DNA of 64,000 nucleotides from Obrimoposthia wandeli (Eukaryota), in the NCBI GenBank assembly GCA_977020255.1, contig CDROCS010005781.1:1-64000 (forward strand). Reading direction: 5' to 3'. The notes beneath the pieces were generated by a model that made no database searches, was not told the DNA's origin, and saw only the letters and a program-made list of their open reading frames with translations. A program made the translations under genes and the position numbers. Positions 31,394-40,942 of this stretch are shown here, piece after piece. Each line of letters begins with the position of its first letter. Within the stretch, counting starts at the first letter, position 1.

Positions 31394-33100
31394 ATGAAAA
31401 ATCAAATGAGCGGTCTAGGTTACGATTACATTATTGTGGGTGCAGGATCAGCGGGTTGTGTATTAGCCAACCGTTTATCTGAAGACCCTAATGCTTCGGT
31501 TTTATTATTGGAAACCGGAGGCAGTGATCGCAGTATTTTTATTCAGATGCCAACGGCTTTATCGATTCCGATGAATACCAAGAAATACGCTTGGCAGTTT
31601 GAAACAGAAGAAGAGCCTCATTTAGATAGCCGAAAAATGCATTGTCCAAGAGGCAAGGTATTAGGCGGCTCATCTTCAATCAATGGCATGGTGTATGTTC
31701 GGGGTCATGCAAAAGATTTTGATCAGTGGGCAGAAAAGGGCGCTATTGATTGGGATTATGCCCATTGCTTACCGTATTTTAAAAAATCTGAGACTTGGGC
31801 GCTAGCGGCAGAGAATCCTGATACTCAAGCGTATCGTGGTACCGAAGGTCCGATGGGTGTGAATAACGGTAACCAGATGCAAAACCCACTATACCAAGCA
31901 TTTGTTGATGCTGGTGTAGAAGCGGGATATATGGATACTGCTGATTATAATGCCAAGCAGCAAGAAGGCTTTGGCCCAATGCACATGACGGTTAAAAACG
32001 GCGTGCGCTGGTCAACCTCTAATGCGTATTTAAGACCCGCTCTTGCGCGTCCTAATTTAACGGTGGTAACTCATGCACTGGTGCATAAAGTTTTATTATC
32101 AGTTGATGCGGGTGAGAAAAAAGCAATAGGCATACGCTATGAACGTAAAGGAAAAATTGTCGACGTTCTGGCGAAGCAAGAAGTTATTTTATCGGCGGGT
32201 TCAATCGGTTCACCGCATTTATTGCAGCTATCCGGTATTGGCGAAAAAGAAACATTAGAAAAAGCCGGTATCGAATGCCTGCATAACTTGCCAGGGGTGG
32301 GTGAAAACTTACAAGATCACCTTGAGTTTTATTTTCAGTTTAAGTGTAAGCAGCCAATTACGCTAAACGGAAAATTAGCGTGGTGGAATAAGTTAATGAT
32401 TGGTACTCGCTGGTTCTTTTTTAAGAAAGGTTTAGGCGCGACCAATCATTTTGAATCTTGCGGTTTTATTCGTTCTAAAGCGGGTATTGAGTGGCCTGAT
32501 TTACAGTATCATTTTTTACCTGCTGCAATGCGTTACGATGGTCGTACAGCATTTGATGGTCATGGTTTTCAGGTGCATATAGGACATAACAAACCGTTAA
32601 GTCGTGGCGCAGTAAAGGTGACCAGTGCAGATCCTAAAGCACAGCCAAGTATACGATTTAATTATCTTGCAGAAGAAGCCGATAAAGAAGGTTTTCGTGA
32701 TTGTGTAAAACTCACGCGTGAAATTATTAATCAACCGGCGTTTGATCAGTATCGTGATGATGAAATTCAGCCGGGCGTGCAAGTACAAACAGATGAAGAA
32801 ATTGATGCGTTTGTGAGAGCGAATGTTGAAAGTGCTTATCATCCATCTTGTTCATGCAAAATGGGAACCGATGATATGTCGGTTGTTGACCCGCAAACAC
32901 GAGTTCATGGAATTAAAGGCTTACGAGTCGTTGATTCCTCTATATTTCCAACCATTACTAACGGTAATTTAAATGCTCCGACCATTATGGTTGCAGAGCG
33001 AGCAGCGGACTTGATTAAGTCCAATGTTACTTTACCTCCAAGTGATGCAGAAGTGAAAATGGCTTCAGATTGGAAAACAGTGCAGCGCAGTAAATTTTAA
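31394..33100 (+). CDS. betA: Choline dehydrogenase
   Basis: [47 protein letters not shown]. Confidence 0.96.
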   Translation: MKNQMSGLGYDYIIVGAGSAGCVLANRLSEDPNASVLLLETGGSDRSIFIQMPTALSIPMNTKKYAWQFETEEEPHLDSRKMHCPRGKVLGGSSSINGMVYVRGHAKDFDQWAEKGAIDWDYAHCLPYFKKSETWALAAENPDTQAYRGTEGPMGVNNGNQMQNPLYQAFVDAGVEAGYMDTADYNAKQQEGFGPMHMTVKNGVRWSTSNAYLRPALARPNLTVVTHALVHKVLLSVDAGEKKAIGIRYERKGKIVDVLAKQEVILSAGSIGSPHLLQLSGIGEKETLEKAGIECLHNLPGVGENLQDHLEFYFQFKCKQPITLNGKLAWWNKLMIGTRWFFFKKGLGATNHFESCGFIRSKAGIEWPDLQYHFLPAAMRYDGRTAFDGHGFQVHIGHNKPLSRGAVKVTSADPKAQPSIRFNYLAEEADKEGFRDCVKLTREIINQPAFDQYRDDEIQPGVQVQTDEEIDAFVRANVESAYHPSCSCKMGTDDMSVVDPQTRVHGIKGLRVVDSSIFPTITNGNLNAPTIMVAERAADLIKSNVTLPPSDAEVKMASDWKTVQRSKF

Positions 33101-33134
33101 AATTAAAAAAACATAACGACATAGGATAAAAAGC

Positions 33135-34058
33135 ATGATGATAAAAACTTTAGCACTGTCAGCAAGTTTGTTGGCAGCAAGTTTTACCCAGGCAAATCAG
33201 TGTGACACTGTTCGCTTTGCCGATGTGGGCTGGACCGATATTACTGCGACCACCGCTTTAACCTCGGTTGTTTTAGAAAGTATTGGTTATAAAACCAAAA
33301 CACAAGTTTTGTCTGTGCCTATTACTTATAAGTCGTTAGAAAATAACGACATTGATGTGTTTCTAGGTAACTGGATGCCTACCATGGAAGCGGATATTAA
33401 GCCGTATCTTGAAAATGGTTCTGTAGAAAGTATCAAGAAGAATCTAACAGGGGCTAAATATACATTAGCCGTGCCTAAGTCTGTTTTTGACGCAGGTGTT
33501 AAATCTTTTGCTGATATCGTTAAGTTCGCTGATAAGTTTGATAACCGAATTTATGGTATCGAGCCAGGCAATGATGGCAACCGTTTGATTCAATCTATGA
33601 TTGATACAAATGCATTTGGTTTGAAGGGATTTGAAGTTATTGAATCAAGCGAAGCGGGTATGTTGTCTCAAGTTAAGCGCATGACTCGTCGTAACAAATG
33701 GATTGTATTTTTAGGTTGGGCTCCACACCCAATGAATGCAAACTTTGAATTGGCTTACTTAGAAGGCGGAGATGATTTCTTTGGTCCTAATTATGGTGGT
33801 GCTAGCGTTCATACAAACGTACGCAAAGACTATACGACTGAATGTAAAAACGTAGGTCAGCTATTAGATAACCTTACGTTTACTTTAGCGATGGAAAACG
33901 AAGTAATGGCCGCCATTTTAGATGCGGGCAAAAAGCCAAATGTTGCAGCAAAAGACTGGATCAAAAAGAATCCTGCTATTTTGGATGCTTGGCTAAAAGA
34001 TGTAACAACGCTTGATGGTAAGCCTGCATTAGCAGCCGCTAGTGCTATCCTTAAATAA
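33135..34058 (+). CDS. choX: Choline ABC transporter substrate-binding protein
   Basis: Signal peptide; VRFADVGWTDIT, DVFLGNWMP, YGIEPGNDGN, FLGWAPHPMN. Confidence 0.9.
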   Translation: MMIKTLALSASLLAASFTQANQCDTVRFADVGWTDITATTALTSVVLESIGYKTKTQVLSVPITYKSLENNDIDVFLGNWMPTMEADIKPYLENGSVESIKKNLTGAKYTLAVPKSVFDAGVKSFADIVKFADKFDNRIYGIEPGNDGNRLIQSMIDTNAFGLKGFEVIESSEAGMLSQVKRMTRRNKWIVFLGWAPHPMNANFELAYLEGGDDFFGPNYGGASVHTNVRKDYTTECKNVGQLLDNLTFTLAMENEVMAAILDAGKKPNVAAKDWIKKNPAILDAWLKDVTTLDGKPALAAASAILK

Positions 34059-34173
34059 TCTGATACCGCATAGTTAGGTAGTCAGTATTTAAATAGTAAT
34101 AGAAAAATTAATAATGCAATTAATAACATGAAGAGGCTGCGAGTAGTAATAACTGCTCGCAACAAGAGATTCC

Positions 34174-35001
34174 ATGGAACAGTTTAAATTACCTTTGGGT
34201 AATTACATTGAAACATTTGTCGACTGGTTAGTTGATAACGGCGCATCGTTTTTTGATGCCATATCTGAGTCATTAGAATGGCTGATCAGCTTATTTACGA
34301 ATGCGCTACTCTGGCTACATCCCATCGCCTTTATCACACTGGTCGTTGCAATCGCACTTTACTTTCGACGTTCTGTGAGTCTTGCTGTTTACGCGATCGT
34401 CGCGTTAGCCTTGATTTGGAATCTAGGCTATTGGGTTGAAACGATGCAAACTCTGGCCTTGGTTTTGTATGCGGCCTTATTCTGTATGCTGATTGGTTTA
34501 CCCATTGGTATTTATGCAGCGCATCACCCGACCTTCTATAAGTTTTTGCAGCCGGTATTAGACCTTATGCAAACGGTTCCTACCTTTGTCTATTTAATTC
34601 CAACACTGACACTGTTTGGTTTAGGTGTTGTTCCCGGCTTAATTTCTACGATTATCTTCGCCATTGCTGCGCCGATAAGATTAACGTACTTAGGGATATC
34701 CGAAGTCCCACAAGATATTCTAGAAGCGGGCCGATCGTTTGGTGCAACGAAGCGCCAAATATTATTCCGTATTGAGTTACCTGCGGCTGCGACCAGTATT
34801 GCTGCCGGTGTGACGCAATGTATTATGCTGTCGTTATCAATGGTTGTTATTGCTGCACTTGTTGGAGCAGATGGCCTAGGTAAACCCGTCGTACGTGCTT
34901 TGAATACCGTTGATATTGCCAGTGGTTTTGAGGCGGGTTTAGCCATCGTACTATTAGCCATTTTACTTGATCGTATGTTTAAAGCGGGGCAAGCAAAATG
35001 A
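34174..35001 (+). CDS. choW: Choline ABC transporter permease
   Basis: PVLDLMQTVPTFVYLIP, EAGRSFGA, GADGLG. Confidence 0.9.
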   Translation: MEQFKLPLGNYIETFVDWLVDNGASFFDAISESLEWLISLFTNALLWLHPIAFITLVVAIALYFRRSVSLAVYAIVALALIWNLGYWVETMQTLALVLYAALFCMLIGLPIGIYAAHHPTFYKFLQPVLDLMQTVPTFVYLIPTLTLFGLGVVPGLISTIIFAIAAPIRLTYLGISEVPQDILEAGRSFGATKRQILFRIELPAAATSIAAGVTQCIMLSLSMVVIAALVGADGLGKPVVRALNTVDIASGFEAGLAIVLLAILLDRMFKAGQAK

Positions 35002-36206
35002 TTAATATTAAAAATCTTGATGTAATTTTTGGTGATCAACCTGAGCGTGCACTCGAGCTGCTAGATCAGGGGCAAGAGCGCGATGAAATACGCGACAATA
35101 CTGGATTAGTGGTAGGCGTTAATAAAGCAAACCTGAAAATTAATAAGGGTGATATCTGTGTCTTGATGGGACTTTCGGGTTCTGGTAAGTCAAGTTTGTT
35201 ACGCTGTATTAACGGCTTAAATGATACGACTCGTGGGTCTATTGAAATAGATCATGACGGTGAAATTGTTGATTTAGTCAGTGCCGATGCTGATATGTTA
35301 CGAGACATACGCACGAAGCGGATGTCGATGGTATTTCAGAAGTTTGCCTTGATGCCTTGGTTAACGGTCGCGCAAAATGTTGCTATGCCACTTGAATTGC
35401 AAGGTCTTGATAAAAAAGAAATTAAACAGCGCGTTGAAACTCAGCTTGAACTTGTAGGTTTGCAGCAATGGGCGAAACTGAAGCCAAATGAATTATCGGG
35501 TGGTATGCAGCAGCGTGTTGGTCTTGCGCGTGCGCTCGTTACCGAATCTGATATTTTATTAATGGACGAGCCATTCTCGGCTTTAGATCCATTAATTCGA
35601 ACTCAGCTGCAAGATGAACTTATTCAGTTGCAAGAAAAGCTGCAAAAAACGATTATTTTTGTGAGTCATGATTTAGACGAAGCGTTGAAGCTGGGTACTA
35701 ATATTGCGATTATGAAAGATGGTGAAATTGTTCAGCAGGGTAAGCCAGAAAGCATCGTATTAAATCCTGTGAATGATTATGTGAAGCAGTTTGTTGCGCA
35801 TACCAATCCTATTCATGTGTTGAAAGCAAAATCAATTATGCGACCTATCAGTGACATGTTGTTCACTGAAAAAGGTTATTGCTTAAGTAAGCGTCATGAT
35901 TATTGGTTGAGTTCAGATCAGAAGCAGGTTTATTACAAAGGGGAAGAATTTTCTCCTCAACTGTGGCAAACAGGGCAAGACATTGTTAAGTTAAGTGCAG
36001 CACCGACTTGCGTGGCAGCAGATACTGGTATGCAAGATGTAATGGAAATTCGTTATCATACTGATCATGCGGTATTTATAATGAAAGATCTTGATGAAGA
36101 TCTGGATGATGATGAAAGAGTTCATCGTGATGAAAAAATTCAAGGGGTCATCGGTGATAAAGAGTTATATCACACCTTGTTGGGTAAAATGATGTTAGAA
36201 GATTAG
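34998..36206 (+). CDS. choV: Choline ABC transporter ATP-binding protein
   Basis: MGLSGSGKSS, LSGGMQQRVGLARA, LLMDEPFSALDP. Confidence 0.9.
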   Translation: MINIKNLDVIFGDQPERALELLDQGQERDEIRDNTGLVVGVNKANLKINKGDICVLMGLSGSGKSSLLRCINGLNDTTRGSIEIDHDGEIVDLVSADADMLRDIRTKRMSMVFQKFALMPWLTVAQNVAMPLELQGLDKKEIKQRVETQLELVGLQQWAKLKPNELSGGMQQRVGLARALVTESDILLMDEPFSALDPLIRTQLQDELIQLQEKLQKTIIFVSHDLDEALKLGTNIAIMKDGEIVQQGKPESIVLNPVNDYVKQFVAHTNPIHVLKAKSIMRPISDMLFTEKGYCLSKRHDYWLSSDQKQVYYKGEEFSPQLWQTGQDIVKLSAAPTCVAADTGMQDVMEIRYHTDHAVFIMKDLDEDLDDDERVHRDEKIQGVIGDKELYHTLLGKMMLED

Positions 36207-36264
36207 TTGTTGTTTTAGTGTTACTAAATAGCAAATTATAAAAAATGTACTGGAGAGATCAAAA

Positions 36265-36963
36265 ATGAAAAAAATCTTATTAGCGACAGCAGTTACTTCT
36301 GCTATGTTACTGCCTTCTTTCGCGTCTGCTGACTTATCAGCAACAGTGGGTGTTGTATCTGATTATACTTTTAATGGTGTGAGCCAGACTGACAACGGAC
36401 CTGCTCTGCAATTAGGTCTAGATTATGGAACAGATGATTTCTATGCAGGTACTTGGGCATCGAATGTTGATTTTGGTGGTGATACGGTTGCAGAACTTGA
36501 TGTCTATCTTGGTAAGTATTTTCAACTAAGCCAAGCAGCAAGTATTGATACAGGTATCTCTTATTACACCTACCATGGTGAAGACTCGTCTGCAGAAGGT
36601 AACTATGCAGAAGTATATGGTAAGTTCGGTTTGGCTTCTGAGTTTGGTCAAACTGAATTGAACCTTTGGTATGCATGGGATTACTTTGGTTATGGTGAAG
36701 GCCATGCCGTTGCTATGCTAGCTCACAGCTATGAAGTTGCTGAAGGTCATACTTTGCGTCTAAGTGTTGATCAGTCTATGTTTATGGATTCTGATACTAA
36801 GGATTGGGCAGGCGAGTCTTCTTATACTCATTACCGTTTAGGTTATGAAACGAGTGTAGAAGGTTTCGATTTAAGCCTAGCTGTTGAAGATACAAGTATG
36901 GAAGATAATAAAGCTGCTGATGCTCGCATCGTTGCGGGTGTATCTCATACATACGCATTCTAA
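36265..36963 (+). CDS. TorF-family (TIGR02001-type) putative outer-membrane porin
   Basis: Signal peptide; VVSDY.FNGVSQTD.GPALQ.G.DY, G.WASNVDF, ELD.Y.G; terminal Phe. Confidence 0.8.
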   Translation: MKKILLATAVTSAMLLPSFASADLSATVGVVSDYTFNGVSQTDNGPALQLGLDYGTDDFYAGTWASNVDFGGDTVAELDVYLGKYFQLSQAASIDTGISYYTYHGEDSSAEGNYAEVYGKFGLASEFGQTELNLWYAWDYFGYGEGHAVAMLAHSYEVAEGHTLRLSVDQSMFMDSDTKDWAGESSYTHYRLGYETSVEGFDLSLAVEDTSMEDNKAADARIVAGVSHTYAF

Positions 36964-36976
36964 TTTCGATTAGCGT

Positions 36977-37018
36977 AAAAAAATACCCGCAAGGCTTTCG
37001 CTGAGCGGGTATTTTTTT
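36977..37018. terminator. Bidirectional terminator
   Basis: AAAAAAATACCCGC...GCGGGTATTTTTTT between convergent genes. Confidence 0.8.
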
Positions 37019-37064
37019 GTCTGCAGTTTATCTGTCTATGTACTAAATGATATTTAGAAATACC

Positions 37065-37460
37065 TTACTTTTTATATTGTAACCAAGCATAAAAGAACAT
37101 CAGGCCAAACAATAAATCATTCAGACCGTAGATCACCATGAATATCGTTGTCAGAATCGATTCATTCCACATCACCATAATATCTGGCTTCATTACAAAC
37201 CAAAAATACACAGCCGTTCCAACATAAACCATTTTTTCAATAAAGAATACAAAGATTAAGCGCGAAGCGCGTGGATGTTCCGTTGAAACTGAAATGTACG
37301 CCATGCCCCATAAAATAATCATGCCTAAACCAAAGTGACTGAATATTTGAGGATAGTAGCTGGTTAATAGTTCGTTCTGAAAGCCTAACGAAAAGCCTAA
37401 AACACCAAAAATATTAACGAGGCCTGCAAGCACAAAACCAAAGGTTAAGTATTGTTTCAT
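37065..37460 (-). CDS. Hypothetical 4-TM membrane protein
   Basis: 131 aa with four hydrophobic segments. Confidence 0.7.
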   Translation of the reverse strand: MKQYLTFGFVLAGLVNIFGVLGFSLGFQNELLTSYYPQIFSHFGLGMIILWGMAYISVSTEHPRASRLIFVFFIEKMVYVGTAVYFWFVMKPDIMVMWNESILTTIFMVIYGLNDLLFGLMFFYAWLQYKK

Positions 37461-37578
37461 AAAAATAATCCGTCATCAGATTGTAGGATAGAAAAGTTGG
37501 CAGCATTCTATCAGTCGTTGCGGCTTGGCTCCATGGTGAGAAGCCGCCATTCGATTAAAAAACTGAGCTAAATAGATC

Positions 37579-39576
37579 CTAGTCAAACAAGTCAGGAGTT
37601 GGGCACTCCAAAATAGCGGCGATTGTCTGTACCAGCTCACGCTCAGCGACTTCTACCCCGTTTACCCGCACACAAGCCGCTAGGGCCTTCATTATACGGC
37701 CTTTAACGTGAGGGAAGGCTTGGATAAGGGTATCAAGGGCAATATTAAAGCTTTTAAATGATGCTGTTTTAGCTTGTAGCTGTAAGCCTTCAAATCCCGC
37801 TGTGCTGGCGGCAATCGAAAAACTCTCTAATGCGCCTTCTAATGAGTTGTGGCCATGATTAGCGACAAAAGATAAAACCGTTTCAATTTCTGAATTTAGC
37901 TTTTTAACATTACCGTGCTTGGCTTTAATCGCTTTGGCTTTATCAAAGGTTGGATTTAGATATTGAAGAATCATGCGATACAGGCACCATTCAAATAAAT
38001 CTATCTTGCCATCAGCTTGAACCAATTTAATGAGCAGTTGTTTAAATTCGGTATATTGATCTTGGGATAATAGCTTTAATGCTGGGATGGTTTTTTCGAT
38101 GATAGGTAAGCGCTTACTTTCATCCAGCAGTGCGACCAGGGGGATTAATTGCTGAACTGATTGCAATAAGCCCTCACCACAATATTGTTTTATCAAGTCG
38201 AGCTGTTGCTCGTGTACCAGCGAGGTATTGGGTGCCAATAGTAGGGCATAACATAAGCCGCGTGCACCAGTCGGGTCATGGGAGGCGTTGGTTAGTTCGG
38301 CTTCGGCATTCATCGTATCTTGAGTCGGTTTGCTCTCAGCCTCCGCTGTGTTGCTAGGTGCCTCAAAATCAATCGCCGCTGACATGGCTGCTGCGACTCC
38401 GGTTAAAAGTTCTTCAGGTCTTATTTTACTCTTTGGCGCAAGCTTAGGTGACTCATCGTAAGCTTGTTTTAATGTTTGTGGCTCAACCCATTCACCATCC
38501 CAATTTTTATCGATACGACGAATGCGTTCTTCCAATTTAGGATGCGTCGATAGAAAACCAAAATGGCTGGAAAAGTGACTGTAAATTGCATTACTAAAGA
38601 AAGCATGGCTGAACTCTTCGCGGCGACTGTGGCCAATGGCAGAGCCAACACCACCATGGCCAATAACTTTTAAGGCTTCGGCAATCGCTTGCGGGTCTCG
38701 GGTAAATTGTACTGCACTCGCATCGGCTAGATATTCGCGCTGACGGCTAACCGCAGCCTGTATTAATTTTCCAAAAAACACTCCACTATAGCCGAGTATC
38801 ATGAAGCCTAAACCAATAAAAAAGAGCGGAACCCCACCTTCTTTTTTATTGCTTGATGAGGAAGAAAAAAGACTGCTAGAGCGCTGTGAATTTTTTGCTA
38901 AGCTGTGTCGAGCACCAAGTTCTAATATCCCTCGACCTAATAAACCAATGCATAAAATGCCAAACAGAATTGCGATTAAACGCATATTCATACGCATATC
39001 ACCATTCAGGATATGGCTGAATTCATGGCCAATAACGCCTTGAAGTTGTAAGCGCGATAGTTTGGTAAGGCAGCCTTTTGTTACACCTATAATCGCATCG
39101 GAAGGTTGAAAACCTGCGGCAAACGCATTGATACCTATTTCATCGTCTAATAAAAATACTTGCGGAACGGGCATGCCAGAAGCAATGGCCATTTCTTCAA
39201 CGATGTTTAATAATCGTCTTTCGTAAAAGTCATCGCTATCGGGCAGTAATAAACGTCCGCCCAATGACTCAGCAATGGAAGCACCGCCACCACTGAGTTT
39301 AATTGATTTATACAGGTAAGCTAGACCGACAAAGCCGCACACGCTGGCCGAAATCGTTAGCCAAGCTTGCCAAGAAATATAATGAAAAATATCGAGCAAG
39401 GAAGGGTCTTGAATTGCCTTGTTACCCAAGGTCGGAAATATATCTGGGTTCCCCCAGAGAAAACCGGCGACCAGCAAGTTGGTTAAAAAAATCAGCGTGA
39501 GTAACGCTAAGGCAAATAATAAAACCAGTTGCCTTGTGCGTTTTCGCGCTTGGTCTTGATGGCCGAAGAAATCCAT
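37579..39576 (-). CDS. M48 family (HtpX-like) membrane zinc metallopeptidase with C-terminal extension
   Basis: MDFFGHQDQAR, INAFAAG, GVIGHEFSH (HExxH), SRQREYLADA, LSTHP.LEERI; directly downstream of lemA. Confidence 0.9.
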   Translation of the reverse strand: MDFFGHQDQARKRTRQLVLLFALALLTLIFLTNLLVAGFLWGNPDIFPTLGNKAIQDPSLLDIFHYISWQAWLTISASVCGFVGLAYLYKSIKLSGGGASIAESLGGRLLLPDSDDFYERRLLNIVEEMAIASGMPVPQVFLLDDEIGINAFAAGFQPSDAIIGVTKGCLTKLSRLQLQGVIGHEFSHILNGDMRMNMRLIAILFGILCIGLLGRGILELGARHSLAKNSQRSSSLFSSSSSNKKEGGVPLFFIGLGFMILGYSGVFFGKLIQAAVSRQREYLADASAVQFTRDPQAIAEALKVIGHGGVGSAIGHSRREEFSHAFFSNAIYSHFSSHFGFLSTHPKLEERIRRIDKNWDGEWVEPQTLKQAYDESPKLAPKSKIRPEELLTGVAAAMSAAIDFEAPSNTAEAESKPTQDTMNAEAELTNASHDPTGARGLCYALLLAPNTSLVHEQQLDLIKQYCGEGLLQSVQQLIPLVALLDESKRLPIIEKTIPALKLLSQDQYTEFKQLLIKLVQADGKIDLFEWCLYRMILQYLNPTFDKAKAIKAKHGNVKKLNSEIETVLSFVANHGHNSLEGALESFSIAASTAGFEGLQLQAKTASFKSFNIALDTLIQAFPHVKGRIMKALAACVRVNGVEVAERELVQTIAAILECPTPDLFD

Positions 39577-39642
39577 TATCTATTTCCGCTTATATTTAGA
39601 ACTTACTTTTAAAATAATTTTAAAACTTACGTAATATTAGGT

Positions 39643-40239
39643 TTAAAAGCTAACTTTAGGTGCAACTTGTATTTGTACGCTGTCTTCAAATTCTAATAAA
39701 GTAGCATCTTTAGTATGGCCAAATTTATTAGCAAAGAAGATCGGTGGAAAAGACTGACGGTAAGTATTATAAGTGGTCACTGCATCGTTAAAGGCTTGGC
39801 GTGCGAACGCGACTTTGTTTTCAGTACTGGTTAGCTCTTCGGTTAGCTGCATCATATTAGTATTAGCTTTCAGCTCTGGGTAGGCTTCAACGGTAACATT
39901 GAAGCGACTCATTGCTCCGGCCAAAGCCCCTTCAGCTCCTGCAAGTTTACCCATCGCAGCGGCACTAGAAGGATTACTCGCAACGGCTTTTAATCCAGCC
40001 ATGGCTTCATTTCTGGCTTCAACAACGGCGGTTAATGTTTCAGACTCATGTTTTAAATAAGCTTTTGCTGTTTCAACTAGGTTCGGGATAAGGTCATAGC
40101 GACGCTTCAGTTGAACTTCTATTTGAGAAAAACCATTTTCATAGCGATTCTTAAAAGCAACGAGATTGTTGTAAATACTGATGATATAAAAGATGACAAC
40201 AGCAATCACGACTAGGGTGATGATAGTGGATATTTCCAT
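39643..40239 (-). CDS. lemA: LemA family protein
   Basis: YNNLV, QLKRRYDLIPNLV, EAYPELKAN, ENKVAFARQ.FND. Confidence 0.93.
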   Translation of the reverse strand: MEISTIITLVVIAVVIFYIISIYNNLVAFKNRYENGFSQIEVQLKRRYDLIPNLVETAKAYLKHESETLTAVVEARNEAMAGLKAVASNPSSAAAMGKLAGAEGALAGAMSRFNVTVEAYPELKANTNMMQLTEELTSTENKVAFARQAFNDAVTTYNTYRQSFPPIFFANKFGHTKDATLLEFEDSVQIQVAPKVSF

Positions 40240-40320
40240 GAGCTAATCCTTGTTATATTAATAGGTGCTATCTTTACGAGTTAATTAGTACAAGCTATTG
40301 GTATGAGCTATTAGTACTTG

Positions 40321-40647
40321 TTATTTTTTATGCCACTGGCCATCAGAATCTTTAAAGAATTCACCGGCATTTAGTTTGCTAGTGATTTTTTCACCGGCTA
40401 TTTTTTCAATGCTTTTCAGATCTGTTTTTTGCTTATCTGCAATGCTCTGATATTTAGCTTTACGCTTGCCATTAATGGTATTCATTAAGCTTTTAGCTTC
40501 GGCATTGCCTCTTGGGGTCATTTCTAAATAACCGCTGGCATTTTCGCCTAACAAACCTTTGCTTTGAGCTTCATCAAGAGTCAGTGCTAAAGCAAGTTGG
40601 CTCATCATTAAAAGAGAAGCCGTTATAAATAAAGATTTTAAAGTCAT
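40321..40647 (-). CDS. ydbL: YdbL (DUF1318) family protein
   Basis: LTLDEAQSKGLLGE...GYL, IN..R..KY; ydbH-ynbE-ydbL order. Confidence 0.88.
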   Translation of the reverse strand: MTLKSLFITASLLMMSQLALALTLDEAQSKGLLGENASGYLEMTPRGNAEAKSLMNTINGKRKAKYQSIADKQKTDLKSIEKIAGEKITSKLNAGEFFKDSDGQWHKK

Positions 40648-40694
40648 GTTATGTTCCTTTTTTCAATGTTTTAACGTGCACGTTAGGCCGCTGG

Positions 40695-40871
40695 TTAGAA
40701 AAGATTACTCTCTTCGCTGAATAAATCTTCCAGCTCTTTTTCAACTTTAATGCGAACTTCGTGTTCGATTTTTACATTCAAATTGATGGTGATGGGTTTG
40801 TCGGGTGCGGCAACTTTTACGGTGCAAGCACTGGTTATTATTATCAGTGCTAGTAGGGTGATCGCTTTCAT
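40695..40871 (-). CDS. ynbE: YnbE family lipoprotein, 58 aa (not in the ORF track)
   Basis: MKAITLLALIIITSACTVKVAAPDKPITINLNVKIEHEVRIKVEKELEDLFSEESNLF. Confidence 0.9.
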   Translation of the reverse strand: MKAITLLALIIITSACTVKVAAPDKPITINLNVKIEHEVRIKVEKELEDLFSEESNLF

Positions 40872-40942
40872 AGTCTTTCCCAGTGATTCATGCGTTTTTA
40901 GTGCGTTCTAGTGTGCGTTTCTAATTAATAGGTACTTTTGCA

